Source of the DNA: an uncultured delta proteobacterium
GTDB lineage: Bacteria; Desulfobacterota; Binatia; UBA9968
Direction: 5' to 3'
Assembly (NCBI GenBank): GCA_963745835.1
Contig: CAVUZH010000018.1
Coordinates: forward strand, 470,441-534,440
Length of the DNA: 64,000 nt
Shown: one piece after another, positions 53,282 through 62,992 of the stretch
Numbering within the stretch: position 1 is the stretch's first letter
Layout of the letters: every line of letters starts with the position of its first letter
The notes under the pieces: model-generated
Told to the model about the DNA's origin: nothing
Seen by the model: the letters and a program-made list of their open reading frames with translations, nothing else
Database searches by the model: none
Translations under genes and position numbers: made by a program

Positions 53282-54568
53282 TCAAAGCCCCAGTTGGGAG
53301 AAAGATTGATCCAGCACTTTGAGCGCATGATCGATCTGGTCCTTATTGACGTTCAGGGCAGGTGATATCCGTACGACGTTGCCATAGGTTCCGCCTTTGC
53401 CCAGCAATAGGCCATGGTTCTTGGTCAACTCCATGAGCCGCTTCGTGCTCTCGGCATCTGGTTTTTTCTTCTCGCCGACAAGCTCCATTCCTTGCATCAA
53501 GCCCATCCCACGCACATCGCCGATGATCGGGTATTTATCCTGTAGCGCATTCAAACCTTCGCGCAACCGGTTGCCCATCACACGGGCATTCTCCACCAGA
53601 TTGTCTTCTTCAATCACGCTGATCGTGGCATGGGCGGCGGTGCATGTGACCGGATTGCCGCCGAAAGTGGAAATCGTGTTGCCTTGCATACTGTCGGCAA
53701 TTTCCGGGCTTGCAATGGTTGCCCCGATTGGTACGCCGTTGGCCATGCCTTTGGCGAAGGTCATGATGTCGGGTTCGACGCCCCAATGTTCGATGCCGAA
53801 CATCTTGCCGCCGGTACGGCCCCAGCCGGTCTGGACCTCGTCGCAAATGAAAAGCCCGCCGTATTTCTTGACGATGCCGACAATCTCTTTGAAATATTCT
53901 TTCGGCGGCGTGATAAAACCGCCGACGCCTTGAATCGGTTCGGCCAAGAAAGCGGCGATCCGCCCCTGCGATGTCATGGTTTGAATCGCCTCTTCGATAT
54001 CCGTAGCGCATTTGATATTGCAGCTCGGATAGGTCAGTCCAAAGGGACAACGGTAGCAGTAGGCATTGGGGATATGGTGCACGCCGGGCACGACGTTCGG
54101 CGTCAGACGCCAGCTCGATTGCGCGGAGAGACTGAGCGCCAGATACGAACGGCCGCTGTAACTATGGCGCAGCGTGATGACGTCCTGGCACTTGGTATGG
54201 ATCTGTGCCAGCAATACCGCGGTCTCATTGGCTTCGGTGCCGCTATTGGTGAAAAACGATTTTTCTAATCTGCCCGGGGTAATCTGCGCCAGCTTCTCCG
54301 CCAACTGAACCTGCGGCTCGTTGGCGTACAAAGTCGACATATGCTGCAGCTTATGGGTCTGTTCATCGACAGCTTTGGTGACCCGCTCGTTACAATGGCC
54401 GACGCTTACGGTGAGAATGCCGCCAAAGAAATCCAGGAATTCTTTGCCGTCGGCATCATACACGTAGTGATCTTTGGCATGATCGACCACCAGGGGCTGG
54501 TCATAATAGGTGGCGACACAAGAAAAAAGATATTTTTTCTGTTTGTCGATGATTTCTTGTTTGTTCAC
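53282..54568 (-). CDS. Class-III PLP aminotransferase (AGXT2/GabT-like)
   Basis: FTNSGTEANE, AEPIQGVGG, ICDEVQTGWGRTG, DIMTFAKG, TFGGNP. Confidence 0.93.
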   Translation of the reverse strand: MNKQEIIDKQKKYLFSCVATYYDQPLVVDHAKDHYVYDADGKEFLDFFGGILTVSVGHCNERVTKAVDEQTHKLQHMSTLYANEPQVQLAEKLAQITPGRLEKSFFTNSGTEANETAVLLAQIHTKCQDVITLRHSYSGRSYLALSLSAQSSWRLTPNVVPGVHHIPNAYCYRCPFGLTYPSCNIKCATDIEEAIQTMTSQGRIAAFLAEPIQGVGGFITPPKEYFKEIVGIVKKYGGLFICDEVQTGWGRTGGKMFGIEHWGVEPDIMTFAKGMANGVPIGATIASPEIADSMQGNTISTFGGNPVTCTAAHATISVIEEDNLVENARVMGNRLREGLNALQDKYPIIGDVRGMGLMQGMELVGEKKKPDAESTKRLMELTKNHGLLLGKGGTYGNVVRISPALNVNKDQIDHALKVLDQSFSQLGL

Positions 54569-54651
54569 GTGTCACCTAGCTCCCATGCGCTTAATTGATC
54601 CTACCGTGCGAATTCTTATTTCAGCTTCCGCTTTCATCCATTATTCTTGTG

Positions 54652-55503
54652 TTAATGCCGATGCAGGAAATCCAAAATCGGCGGATGCCCCTTTTCTGGC
54701 ATTTCTCGCAAGTAGCCGTGCCTGCCGCCCTCTACCAAAACGAACTCGGCGCCGGCAATTTTGTCCGCCAGCGCTCTTGCCGAATCGACATGACTGCCGG
54801 TGCCGCCTTCATGGGTATCCTTGCTGCCGACAATGACCAAAGTCGGCGCCTTGATTCTGTCGACGATGTCGGTGGTCTCATGACACTGCCGCGCGACTAC
54901 ATGCCGCAAATAGCACTTCAAAGGCGGAACCTCGTCGACGATCAGCTCCTGGTACTTTTGCACGACGTCCGGATGCTCTTTCATAAACTGTTCGCTGAAC
55001 ATAAAGCCGGGACCCCAGTGGTCATGCTGGTATTTCTCATAACCTTTTTCGATCATTTCCAGCGCCGCATCCAGCGGCACACCGCGCGGATAGTCTTCGA
55101 GCAGCTCGCTGTATTTTCCCGAACCGCTCCCGGATAGCACAAGGCTGCGAATTTTTTCCGGATAATCCAAAGCCAGCCACTGGGCAACCCGGCCGCCCAT
55201 GGAATGCCCCATGACGTGCGCCTTTTTGATGCCCAGCGCATCCATCAAGCCGGCGCAGTCTTTAGCGAAAAGCCGGGTAGAGTAGTGAACGTCCGGTTTA
55301 TCGCTGCGGCCGAGTCCGCGATGATCGTAAATCAGAACCTGATAGTGCTTGGAGAATTCAGGCACTTGAGCGATGCGCCACGGCGCCAGGCTGATGCCGG
55401 TACCGGCAACCAACACCAGCGGATCTCCCTGGCCATAAAGCTCATAATATAGATTGACCCCGTCGACGTTTACCTTGCCGCTTTTGACCGGCTTGATTTC
55501 CAT
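54652..55503 (-). CDS. Alpha/beta hydrolase
   Basis: YDHRGLGRS, GHSMGG nucleophile elbow, GRHG. Confidence 0.92.
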   Translation of the reverse strand: MEIKPVKSGKVNVDGVNLYYELYGQGDPLVLVAGTGISLAPWRIAQVPEFSKHYQVLIYDHRGLGRSDKPDVHYSTRLFAKDCAGLMDALGIKKAHVMGHSMGGRVAQWLALDYPEKIRSLVLSGSGSGKYSELLEDYPRGVPLDAALEMIEKGYEKYQHDHWGPGFMFSEQFMKEHPDVVQKYQELIVDEVPPLKCYLRHVVARQCHETTDIVDRIKAPTLVIVGSKDTHEGGTGSHVDSARALADKIAGAEFVLVEGGRHGYLREMPEKGHPPILDFLHRH

Positions 55504-55549
55504 TTGTTTCTCCTAACCAAAGTCCTGCGATGCGCAAGATGCGTAGCAG

Positions 55550-55578
55550 ACGCTACCGAATCCCACAATAGCTGTCAA
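55550..55578 (-). promoter_or_regulatory. Sigma70-type promoter for hydrolase-aminotransferase-ABC operon
   Basis: TTGACA-17 bp-TAGCGT about 47 bp upstream of the start codon. Confidence 0.55.
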
Positions 55579-55746
55579 TAAATGGCCGCCGGGGGATGTG
55601 CTGTGGAACAACACGGTTGGAGGCAAGACCGGCTAAGTGTCTTCGACCGGCTGATGTAGTAGAACGGAGTCAGGTGAGCGGGCTAGTTTCGACCGCAAGC
55701 TGCGGTGATCTGTTTGTCTGAAACTATTGAATGCCTGGGAAATATC

Positions 55747-55781
55747 GAACGGGTTCGACGTTTGAAACGTCAAACCCGTTC
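55747..55781. repeat. Near-perfect palindrome (hairpin/REP-like)
   Basis: gaacgggttcgacgttt-g-aaacgtcaaacccgttc. Confidence 0.65.
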
Positions 55782-55828
55782 ATCGTCAATTGACGTTCTC
55801 GCCTGTACCGGCCTCTCGAACCATCCGA

Positions 55829-56746
55829 TCACGCCTTCAACGTCTTGTTGAAATGATCGATGGTGCGTTGCCAGGCCAGTTTGGCCGCGGCCTCGTCATA
55901 CCGGGGCGTCGTATCATTGTGAAAGCCGTGATTGGTCTTGGGATAAATATACGCATCGTACTTGACGCCGTTATCCTTGAGCGCGGCTTCATAGGCGGGC
56001 CACCGGCCCATGATATTGGGATCCTGCTCGGCAAAGTTTAACAGCAAAGCGGCCTTGATCTTCGGGACATCCTCAACCGCCGGAGCGCCGCCGTAGAAGG
56101 GAACGCCGGCCGCAAGTTGCGGCATCCGCACAGCCAGTCGGTTCACCGTAGTGCCGCCGAAGCAGAATCCGACGGCGCCGAGCTTGCCGGTCGATTGCGG
56201 ATGTTTCAGCAGGAACTCCGCCGCCGCGACGAAGTCTTCGAAAATCTTTTCCCCGTCGAGTTGCTTTTGCATCGCTGCCGCTTTTTCATCGGCTTCGGCT
56301 CCATACTTGTCCACATTGGGATAACCGCCAAGAGGCCAGGTCGCGTCCGGCCCAAATGCCATGAAACCGGCAACAGCCAAGCGTCGCACGACATCCTCTA
56401 TATAAGGGTTCAGGCCGCGGTTTTCATGAATCACCAGCACGGCAGGAAATTTTTCGCCGCTTGCCGGGCGCGCGAGTAATCCGCGCATGCTGCCGTCCGA
56501 CGCGTTTCCTTTAGGCGAGGGATACATCGTATATTCGGCCTTTATGCGCTGATCGTCTTTGGCCACTTGCTGCGCCAACGCATAGTTGGGCCGGAGCATG
56601 TCCCAGAGAGCCGTGGCGGTCAGGCCGCCAATCGCGAATTTTGTCGCGCCATCCAAAAACTCGCGACGGCTGATGCCGCCATGCACGTATCTGTGGAATA
56701 GACTGAGCAATTGCGGATCGAAATCACTGGCTTTTTTTCTTTCCAT
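55829..56746 (-). CDS. Dienelactone hydrolase family protein (YghX-like)
   Basis: ISRREFL, VIHENRGLN, VGFCFGG, HGFHNDTTPRYD. Confidence 0.92.
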   Translation of the reverse strand: MERKKASDFDPQLLSLFHRYVHGGISRREFLDGATKFAIGGLTATALWDMLRPNYALAQQVAKDDQRIKAEYTMYPSPKGNASDGSMRGLLARPASGEKFPAVLVIHENRGLNPYIEDVVRRLAVAGFMAFGPDATWPLGGYPNVDKYGAEADEKAAAMQKQLDGEKIFEDFVAAAEFLLKHPQSTGKLGAVGFCFGGTTVNRLAVRMPQLAAGVPFYGGAPAVEDVPKIKAALLLNFAEQDPNIMGRWPAYEAALKDNGVKYDAYIYPKTNHGFHNDTTPRYDEAAAKLAWQRTIDHFNKTLKA

Positions 56747-57174
56747 AGTAATGACAGTGCCTTTTTGGCTGGCTGAGTTGGCGTGAACGCTACCGAAAAG
56801 CGCACTCCGGATCAATAGTTCTTCGGGCTTAGCGGCTCCATTGATGGCGCGGCGGTTGGCTGGGCGTCAATGGGCGCGGTCATGCATATGATCTCGGGCC
56901 AGCGCATAAGCCGGGTCTCAGTCCCGCAATGAAAGATAGCCAGAGGCTATTTCGCCAACAAGATGCACGAAATCTTCATCTTTCGTAATAGCGATCACGC
57001 CGGAGTCTCGTTGCAAACGAAATCAGTCTAGTGAGCAAAACACCAAGGAGAGTGCTGCATGCAACGAGAATTTCAGGGTGCCGCTATAAGCAGTGGCAGA
57101 GGTAGAACAGACCATAGGAGGCTGGTGCGTTTCTGGGACTAGCCGCTCGTACTGTTAATGGTTCAGTCATGTGT

Positions 57175-57246
57175 CGCTAACGCCTCGGCTCAGCGGCGCG
57201 CCGGCAAGCACCGCTTGCCACGCGTCCGCTCGAACTAAAGTTAGAT
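57175..57246 (-). mobile_element. attC site
   Basis: Minus strand ATCTAAC-tttagttcgagcggac...gccgctgagccgaggc-GTTAGCG, 7 bp after the cassette stop codon. Confidence 0.85.
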
Positions 57247-57253
57247 CGCGCGT

Positions 57254-57733
57254 TCACAGTCCGTGCGTTGTCATGAATGCTCGCCATTCATCCACCGCTG
57301 CGCGTGCCAATGCCGTTGCCTCAAGACGCGTGCCATCCACCCGTATGATCTTTGCACGAAAAATGGCATGGGGAGTATTAGAAACGCTCGTCGGCCCAAC
57401 CGTGTACACCGGCATTGCCGAGAGTGTTGCTTCGTCAGTCGTGGGCTTGTAGCGCGTAATGAAGCGATGCTTGTTGCTGTTGGCAATATCTTTAAAGGAG
57501 CTCAAGGCAACGCTACCAGCGACGAGATTCTCAACGTCGGCCGCCTTATACGAGGGTGACGGATGCTCCTTGAGCCAGTCTTTGACACTGGTCACGGATA
57601 CTGAGAAATCATAAAGGGCATCCGCCACGCGTTCGCGGTCCTGGCCTGCGATGGCCGATGCAAGGCGCGTTAAGTCGCGTTCCACCTTTGCAAGAAGGTC
57701 TGACGGCGACGTGAACCCTAGAGATAGCGACAT
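57254..57733 (-). CDS. Integron cassette protein, HEPN-like helical domain
   Basis: ATG 9 bp after the GTTAGAT core; DLLAKVERD, VKDWL, KDIANSNKH. Confidence 0.7.
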   Translation of the reverse strand: MSLSLGFTSPSDLLAKVERDLTRLASAIAGQDRERVADALYDFSVSVTSVKDWLKEHPSPSYKAADVENLVAGSVALSSFKDIANSNKHRFITRYKPTTDEATLSAMPVYTVGPTSVSNTPHAIFRAKIIRVDGTRLEATALARAAVDEWRAFMTTHGL

Positions 57734-57742
57734 TTTCGTGCA

Positions 57743-57836
57743 ATCTAACGCACCGCTCAGCCGCGAGCGGTGTCGCCTCGCTGCTTTCACTCAAGTGTGC
57801 GTCTGGATGCTCGTCGGCTGCAGCGGCTTGTTAGGC
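57743..57836 (-). mobile_element. attC site
   Basis: Minus strand GCCTAAC-aagccgctgcagccgac...gcggctgagcggtgc-GTTAGAT; canonical R''/L''/L'/R'. Confidence 0.92.
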
Positions 57837-58432
57837 CGTCCCGTTGGCTCCTTACGGGCCCGGCGCAACCGCTGGTCTCCAGTGACAACATCCAGCGTAA
57901 GCATTGGTGCAGTTGCGACAACACGAACCAACTCGCGGCGCATCTCGTCACGAGCTGGATCTGAGAGATTTTCACAGATCGTATTGGCGAGCAAGAACCG
58001 GTTGGTCCGTTCTAGGCAGACGTGAAAAGAGGCGAATTGGCGGCCTGCGCGAAAGTAAAGGTAAAAATTGATGCCCGAGATGAATTGAATGAGACTGCCG
58101 GCGATTAACCCAAGCCTCGCCTGCCCGCTACCGTCTGGAGACATTCCCAACCAGATGGCGTAGATGAAGAAGAGTATGCCGACAGTCGCAGCTGCTAAGG
58201 CGGCCCGGAAGCTTTGCTGAGCCTGAGACCGCACGTCTGCGTAGTACTTGAGAATCATCTCTTGCAACAATGAACCGATTCGATGGATGTCGCCCGGCGC
58301 TGTTTGCGCTATCTCTTCGCAGTCTTGCAGCATGTCGCGAACTCGCGATGAGGTGCGAACCTGACTCGCGTCCAGCGTTGGTCGATCATGCGTGCTCACG
58401 CTCGAGACCCTCGTAACCATCTTCTCCTCCAA
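57791..58432 (-). CDS. Integron cassette protein with two TM helices, TRADD-N-associated membrane domain-like
   Basis: YYADVRSQAQQSFRAA-TM1..TM2-ISGINFYLY..QFASFH; ORF ends inside attC. Confidence 0.7.
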   Translation of the reverse strand: MEEKMVTRVSSVSTHDRPTLDASQVRTSSRVRDMLQDCEEIAQTAPGDIHRIGSLLQEMILKYYADVRSQAQQSFRAALAAATVGILFFIYAIWLGMSPDGSGQARLGLIAGSLIQFISGINFYLYFRAGRQFASFHVCLERTNRFLLANTICENLSDPARDEMRRELVRVVATAPMLTLDVVTGDQRLRRARKEPTGRPNKPLQPTSIQTHT

Positions 58433-58464
58433 TAATGAACGCGTTCCGACTGAGTTGTCGATCG

Positions 58465-58651
58465 GCCTTAACTATTAAGTGAGCCGCCGTACGCAACGAC
58501 AAATACTGGTCGGCTTATCCCAGCAACTGATCAGAGAATAAAAGTTCAAATCGGTAGCAATATCCATCCGCTAACCGAGTTTGTCAATATTAGGGTTTCC
58601 GCCAAAGCCGACCGGACGGCGGGTTATCTCCCTAACGATCGGCGGCTTATC
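58465..58651 (-). mobile_element. Putative attI region
   Basis: Between intI remnant stop and first cassette; ends GCGGCTCACTTAATAGTTAAGGC; direct repeat cggcttatc at 58511 and 58643. Confidence 0.6.
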
Positions 58652-58671
58652 TCCGTCGATGATCGAGACTC

Positions 58672-58840
58672 TTAAACTCGATCGGGAGGGCTGTTGACGC
58701 TCTACCTCCTTCAATACATGGGTGTAAATCATCGTCGTGCTCACATCGCGATGCCCAGTAATTCCTCGACCGTTCGGATGTCAGACCATTTCCAATACGC
58801 ACATGACAAAGGAATGGCGGAGGTGTGCAGGCTAGCCGCT
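58672..58840 (-). pseudogene. intI: Integron integrase C-terminal remnant
   Basis: Frame-broken [42 protein letters not shown] matches IntI box II and tail. Confidence 0.85.
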
Positions 58841-59194
58841 CGGAGATCGCCAATTATCGAGGAGATCGATGGTTGTTTATGGCGACAGCGGTGAGTGGCA
58901 GACGTGAGCCGATAGAACAGCCGTTCGGGCGCGGCACCGGTGCGGTCCTAGAGGGGCGCCTATTCAAGCTGTAAATCTGGTGCTAAGCCTCAAGGCAAGG
59001 CCTGTTGATTCATCTTCTGCCGGAATCAATAGGCCGCGCTGGTTTCGATTGAGGCGGTTGACCGGCGTCAACGGGCGCGGTCTCAATATGATCTGTGGTC
59101 CAAGGCACAAGCCAGGTCTCAGTGCCGGCATTCTCCGAAACGGTATCGCGGAACCCTACTCGAGCGGTCGCTTACGTTTGCGCAAACACGCGCC

Positions 59195-60320
59195 TCACAC
59201 CCTCAAGCCATAAAGCCGCGCCGGATTATTTTGCAGAATATTTTCCATCGCCGCATCGCTTAAATCTTTTCTCTCGCAGCTGGCGCGCGGCGAAGCGCTC
59301 GCGGTCGCCGTGGGGCATGTCCGTTCCCATGACGACCTGCTTCTCTCCCACCAAGTCCAGCACCTGCGGCAGGATGAAATCTTCCAGCTCGGCGCTGAAG
59401 AAGAGATTGCCGCTCTTGATGTAATCCATGACCGGCAACTGCTGGATAGGCCGGGTCTGAGGCAGAAACTGCGCGAGTTTTTTCCCCTGATTTTGGTAGC
59501 GGTGATTGAGCCGATCGATCATGTAGGGGACCCACATGGAGCCGGCTTCCAAGAAAACCACTTTGAGATCGGGGAAACGGTCGAGAACGCCGCCGCTGAT
59601 CAGCGCGGCAAACGCCATGAGAACGGGGAAATGAAACGCAACTACCCCGGAGGGATAGATATGCGAATAAAGATTGTTGATCGATGGACAGGCCCAACCG
59701 ACGTGAACGGCTAACGGGAGCTTTTCCTGGCACAATGTCTCATAAAACTGAAACAGCGACGGGTGATCGAGCTGGCGATCCCCCGCGGTGCCCAGAACCA
59801 TCACCGCCAAAGCGCCGAGCCGCTTGGCTTCCCGAACTTGTTTTACGGCTTGATCTGCTTCATCCAGGTTCGCTACTGCGGCCCATTTAAGTCGCTCATG
59901 GTTGCCCAAGCGGTCGCCGAGCCAGCGATTGTAGGAGGAGCAGAGCGCGGTCACCAGCCGCGGATCGGAGCTTAAGGGATAGGCAAGAAATAACGTTGTG
60001 TACAGAACCTGAACCGCGATCTCTTCTTCGTCCATAATGTCGAGCCGCGCTTTAAGATCGCTCAACTCCATGCAAGGGATGCTCTCGGGTTTGCCCATCG
60101 TGTGGATCGATGGCTGGCCCTCATAGTTGGTCGGCGTGCCCAGATTATTGCAGGCGCGGCCGACGCGGCGCGGAAACAGCTGCTCGTCGATAGACCAGTA
60201 AACCAGCTCGTTATCCCGCACCACGCGCGGGCGTACCGGGCGAAAGGCCGGATCAAGATACTTGTCATCGAAGGTCGCGGGGTTTTCTTCGACATGACCA
60301 TCGGCGTCGATATAGCGCAT
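59195..60320 (-). CDS. Amidohydrolase_2 family protein, frameshift near 59268
   Basis: GGAGG RBS; IDADGHV, VVFLEAG, GTDMPH; expected tail DLSDAAMENILQNNPARLYGL is in an adjacent frame. Confidence 0.85.
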
Positions 60321-60640
60321 TTCCGTACCTCCGAGTGACATAGTACCCCCTCTTATATATAACCCATGGTTAACTGGTCAATTCGAATTCGATTTGACGA
60401 CACAATCCCCCATCGGCATAAGAATGGTAACGCCGTTATCGTGTTCTGTACAAACCGCCGAATGCATCCGCCGTAAGAAAGATCGACAAAAGTAAAGTGC
60501 GAAAAAAGTTACGGCGAGAGAACTGAATAATTAATATGGACTTAAATAATTGCCACCGTTTAATCTCCGCAGCTGATGGTATCCCCTGACGAGACGGGTA
60601 GAACTACTCAACTCAGATTGACCGCATTCCGATTAATCGA

Positions 60641-60697
60641 TTCTAACGCAAAGCTCAGCCGTCGCTCTTATTGATCGGCCTGAATCGCAAGTTAGGA
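60641..60697 (-). mobile_element. attC-like site
   Basis: Minus strand TCCTAAC-ttgcgattcaggccgat...acggctgagctttgc-GTTAGAA. Confidence 0.7.
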
Positions 60698-60776
60698 AAC
60701 AAAGCAGTCACGAGATCTTGATACCTATTGGACCTCGTGCAAAAAACAAAAGCCCGGGGTAGCCCTAGATAATCAG

Positions 60777-62390
60777 TCACTTCTTAGTCAGGAACGCCTT
60801 CGCCTTCAGCAGCTCTGGCCTCTCGGTATCTGCCTTCGCGCAGACGACCACAAGGTTCTCGTAATAAGCCCTTGCCTTTTTTTGGTCTCCCGAAAGTTCG
60901 GCTGCTCTTGCAGCGCCGTAAAGCCCGCGGAAACGATTCGGCTCGACTTTGTGCGATGCCTCGAATTCCTTCAGCGCTAACGCCGGCTGCTTTAGTTCCA
61001 GGAGCATCTCTCCCAATAGCTCACGCGCAGGCAGGACATGGCCAGGAGTCACGGGGTGTTTTTCGCTCGCATCCTCCATGTCGGCGCCCTCCCGCATGAG
61101 CTTCAGTGCTTCCTGTTTGTTTCCTGCCGCAAATGTCGCCCAAGCCGAAGCGACCTTGATCTGGATATCCGCCTGTTGTGCCCAATAGCCAATCTTGGCT
61201 TCGATCATCGCCTCACGCAGCCTTTGCAGTCTTTCGATCTCCTCGGGGACCGCGGCAGCGTTGCCGCTGCGCGCCGCACCCAGGGCGCGAGCATAAACCG
61301 ATATCGCCATGCCTTGCGGAAAGTTGGCCCATGGGAAGTCCCTCTCGTTCGGGTACGGTAAAAGCGTGGCCGCATCCGCCCAGCGCCCGCGCTCGAGTGC
61401 GTAGCGTGCCGGAATCGCTGCGAGCGCGTAGGCGGTAACGAAATGTTCCCGGTCTACTTTCTTGATGGCGGCGATCTCGTCCAGCACGCGCTTGGCCTCG
61501 CCATCCCGCGCGCCCTGCAGATAGGCGTACTCCAGGTAATCCATGGCGTGCAGGCTGTCGAAGTGGCTTTTCGACGCTGCGGCGGAGCGACGATTCATCT
61601 CGATCGATTCCTCCCACAATCCCTGGCGAGTGAAGATGTGCGACGGCATATGCAGAGCATGGGGGGCGGAAGGTGCGATGCTGGCGTACCGGCGTGCAGC
61701 GGTCAGGCCCTGCGCGGCAATCGGTGGAAAATCGTAGCTATGAATCAGGTAATGCGCGACGCCGGGGTGGTCGGGCTGCGCAGCGAATACCTTTTCTAGG
61801 ATTTTGGCGGCTTTCAACTGGTTGGCATAGGTCTTGTCGGTAGGAAGCGCAGTCACGTCGAGCGCCAGCGCATAAAAAACCAACGCTTCGGTATCTTCGG
61901 GATAGCGCTGGGTTAGCTCCTCCATCGCCTTCACGTAGGCCAGCGCTCGAGTACGGTGCTCTAGCTTGTCCCAGTCCCTGTAGAAGGCCTCGACGGCGCC
62001 GATATAATCGCGCTCGCGCTGGGTCTTGGCTTGAGCTGCCTTCGCTTTTTCTACTGCGGCCCAGCCGTCGGGCAGCGCCTTGCCGCTGAGCGGCCAAGTA
62101 AACGGATTGCCGAACAACGTCATTGCGGTACCCCAATGTGCCATAGCGCAGCTGGTGTCGGCCTGAGAAATCGCCGCAAACGCCTTGGCCGCCTCATCAA
62201 GCCAGAACGAGTGCAAGAGCGCGACGGCACGATCAAACTGCGTCTGGGCCTCAGCAGTGCAGGAGACCGGAAATTGGACCTTGCCGAGTTTTTCGCTGTC
62301 GGCTTTTTCTTGCGCCGCCACCGCCGAAGCCCACAGAGATGCCAACAGGATCACATAGTGAAAGAGTTTGCCTGCTCTGTTTAGATTCAT
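60777..62390 (-). CDS. Secreted TPR-like helical repeat protein
   Basis: Signal peptide; LGKVQFPVSC, ALLHSFW, PDHPGVAHYLIHSYD, HALHMPSHIF; AAGGAGG upstream. Confidence 0.88.
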   Translation of the reverse strand: MNLNRAGKLFHYVILLASLWASAVAAQEKADSEKLGKVQFPVSCTAEAQTQFDRAVALLHSFWLDEAAKAFAAISQADTSCAMAHWGTAMTLFGNPFTWPLSGKALPDGWAAVEKAKAAQAKTQRERDYIGAVEAFYRDWDKLEHRTRALAYVKAMEELTQRYPEDTEALVFYALALDVTALPTDKTYANQLKAAKILEKVFAAQPDHPGVAHYLIHSYDFPPIAAQGLTAARRYASIAPSAPHALHMPSHIFTRQGLWEESIEMNRRSAAASKSHFDSLHAMDYLEYAYLQGARDGEAKRVLDEIAAIKKVDREHFVTAYALAAIPARYALERGRWADAATLLPYPNERDFPWANFPQGMAISVYARALGAARSGNAAAVPEEIERLQRLREAMIEAKIGYWAQQADIQIKVASAWATFAAGNKQEALKLMREGADMEDASEKHPVTPGHVLPARELLGEMLLELKQPALALKEFEASHKVEPNRFRGLYGAARAAELSGDQKKARAYYENLVVVCAKADTERPELLKAKAFLTKK

Positions 62391-62443
62391 TGCCTTTCCT
62401 CCTTTTATAAGCGGTCAGCTTCCTAGCCTTTTATGCACCTAAT

Positions 62444-62525
62444 GCCTAAACGCGAAGGTTGAGCAGCAGAGACTTGCGAGCGTTGCGAGTGGGTCCAAAG
62501 ATCTGTCTGAAGCTGTATGTTAGGT
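62444..62525 (-). mobile_element. Degenerate attC-like site
   Basis: ACCTAAC overlaps the DUF4440 stop; ends gctgctcaaccttcgc-GTTTAGGC; core 62466-62507 is 33/42 identical to 62932-62973. Confidence 0.65.
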
Positions 62526-62909
62526 TTCATTTTTCGCAAAAGCATCTGTCGGCGTACCCTGGTGAAATCGCATCCGCCAACCGAGCGCTGTACGCTGCCA
62601 CAACGACGACCTGAGCGTATGGCGGCCAAGTTCACCATTTGCATCGATGTACGCCGATTTGTAGGTAAGTAAAGCAACATCTTCAGCGATTTCTGCCACC
62701 GTGAAGTCTTGGGACCAAATCGTTCTCGATGGAACCTCATGGGATAGCAATTCCAGGATCTCATCCCTGCTGTAGCTGCGCCCCGAACGGCCGAATTCTG
62801 AGAACGAGTCGTGTAACAGCTGGTTAAGACGAGTCGGGTCACGACGAACCTTGGGCTGATGTAGCGCAACTTCCAGTTCGCGCAAATGCGACAACAGATC
62901 AGTGGCCAT
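62520..62909 (-). CDS. DUF4440 / NTF2-like cassette protein
   Basis: LLHDSFSEFGRSG, RSSLWQ, WRMRFHQGT. Confidence 0.85.
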   Translation of the reverse strand: MATDLLSHLRELEVALHQPKVRRDPTRLNQLLHDSFSEFGRSGRSYSRDEILELLSHEVPSRTIWSQDFTVAEIAEDVALLTYKSAYIDANGELGRHTLRSSLWQRTALGWRMRFHQGTPTDAFAKNET

Positions 62910-62992
62910 TTTCAACATGAAAAAATGAGAAGCGGAGACAGCCGAGCTTTGCGAGCGGGTCCGAAAATCTCTCGCAAGAACGTCGTTTAGGC
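62910..62992 (-). mobile_element. Degenerate attC-like site
   Basis: GCCTAAAC overlaps the upstream stop; ends GTTGAAA immediately before next ATG; homologous to 62444-62525. Confidence 0.55.

Noticed and set aside
56820-57174. Third cassette after the last attC
   Set aside because: Only very short ORFs and no further attC; at most an eroded remnant
59195-60400. Amidohydrolase as a cassette in the array
   Set aside because: It has its own promoter-like and RBS signals, and no attC lies between it and the intI remnant
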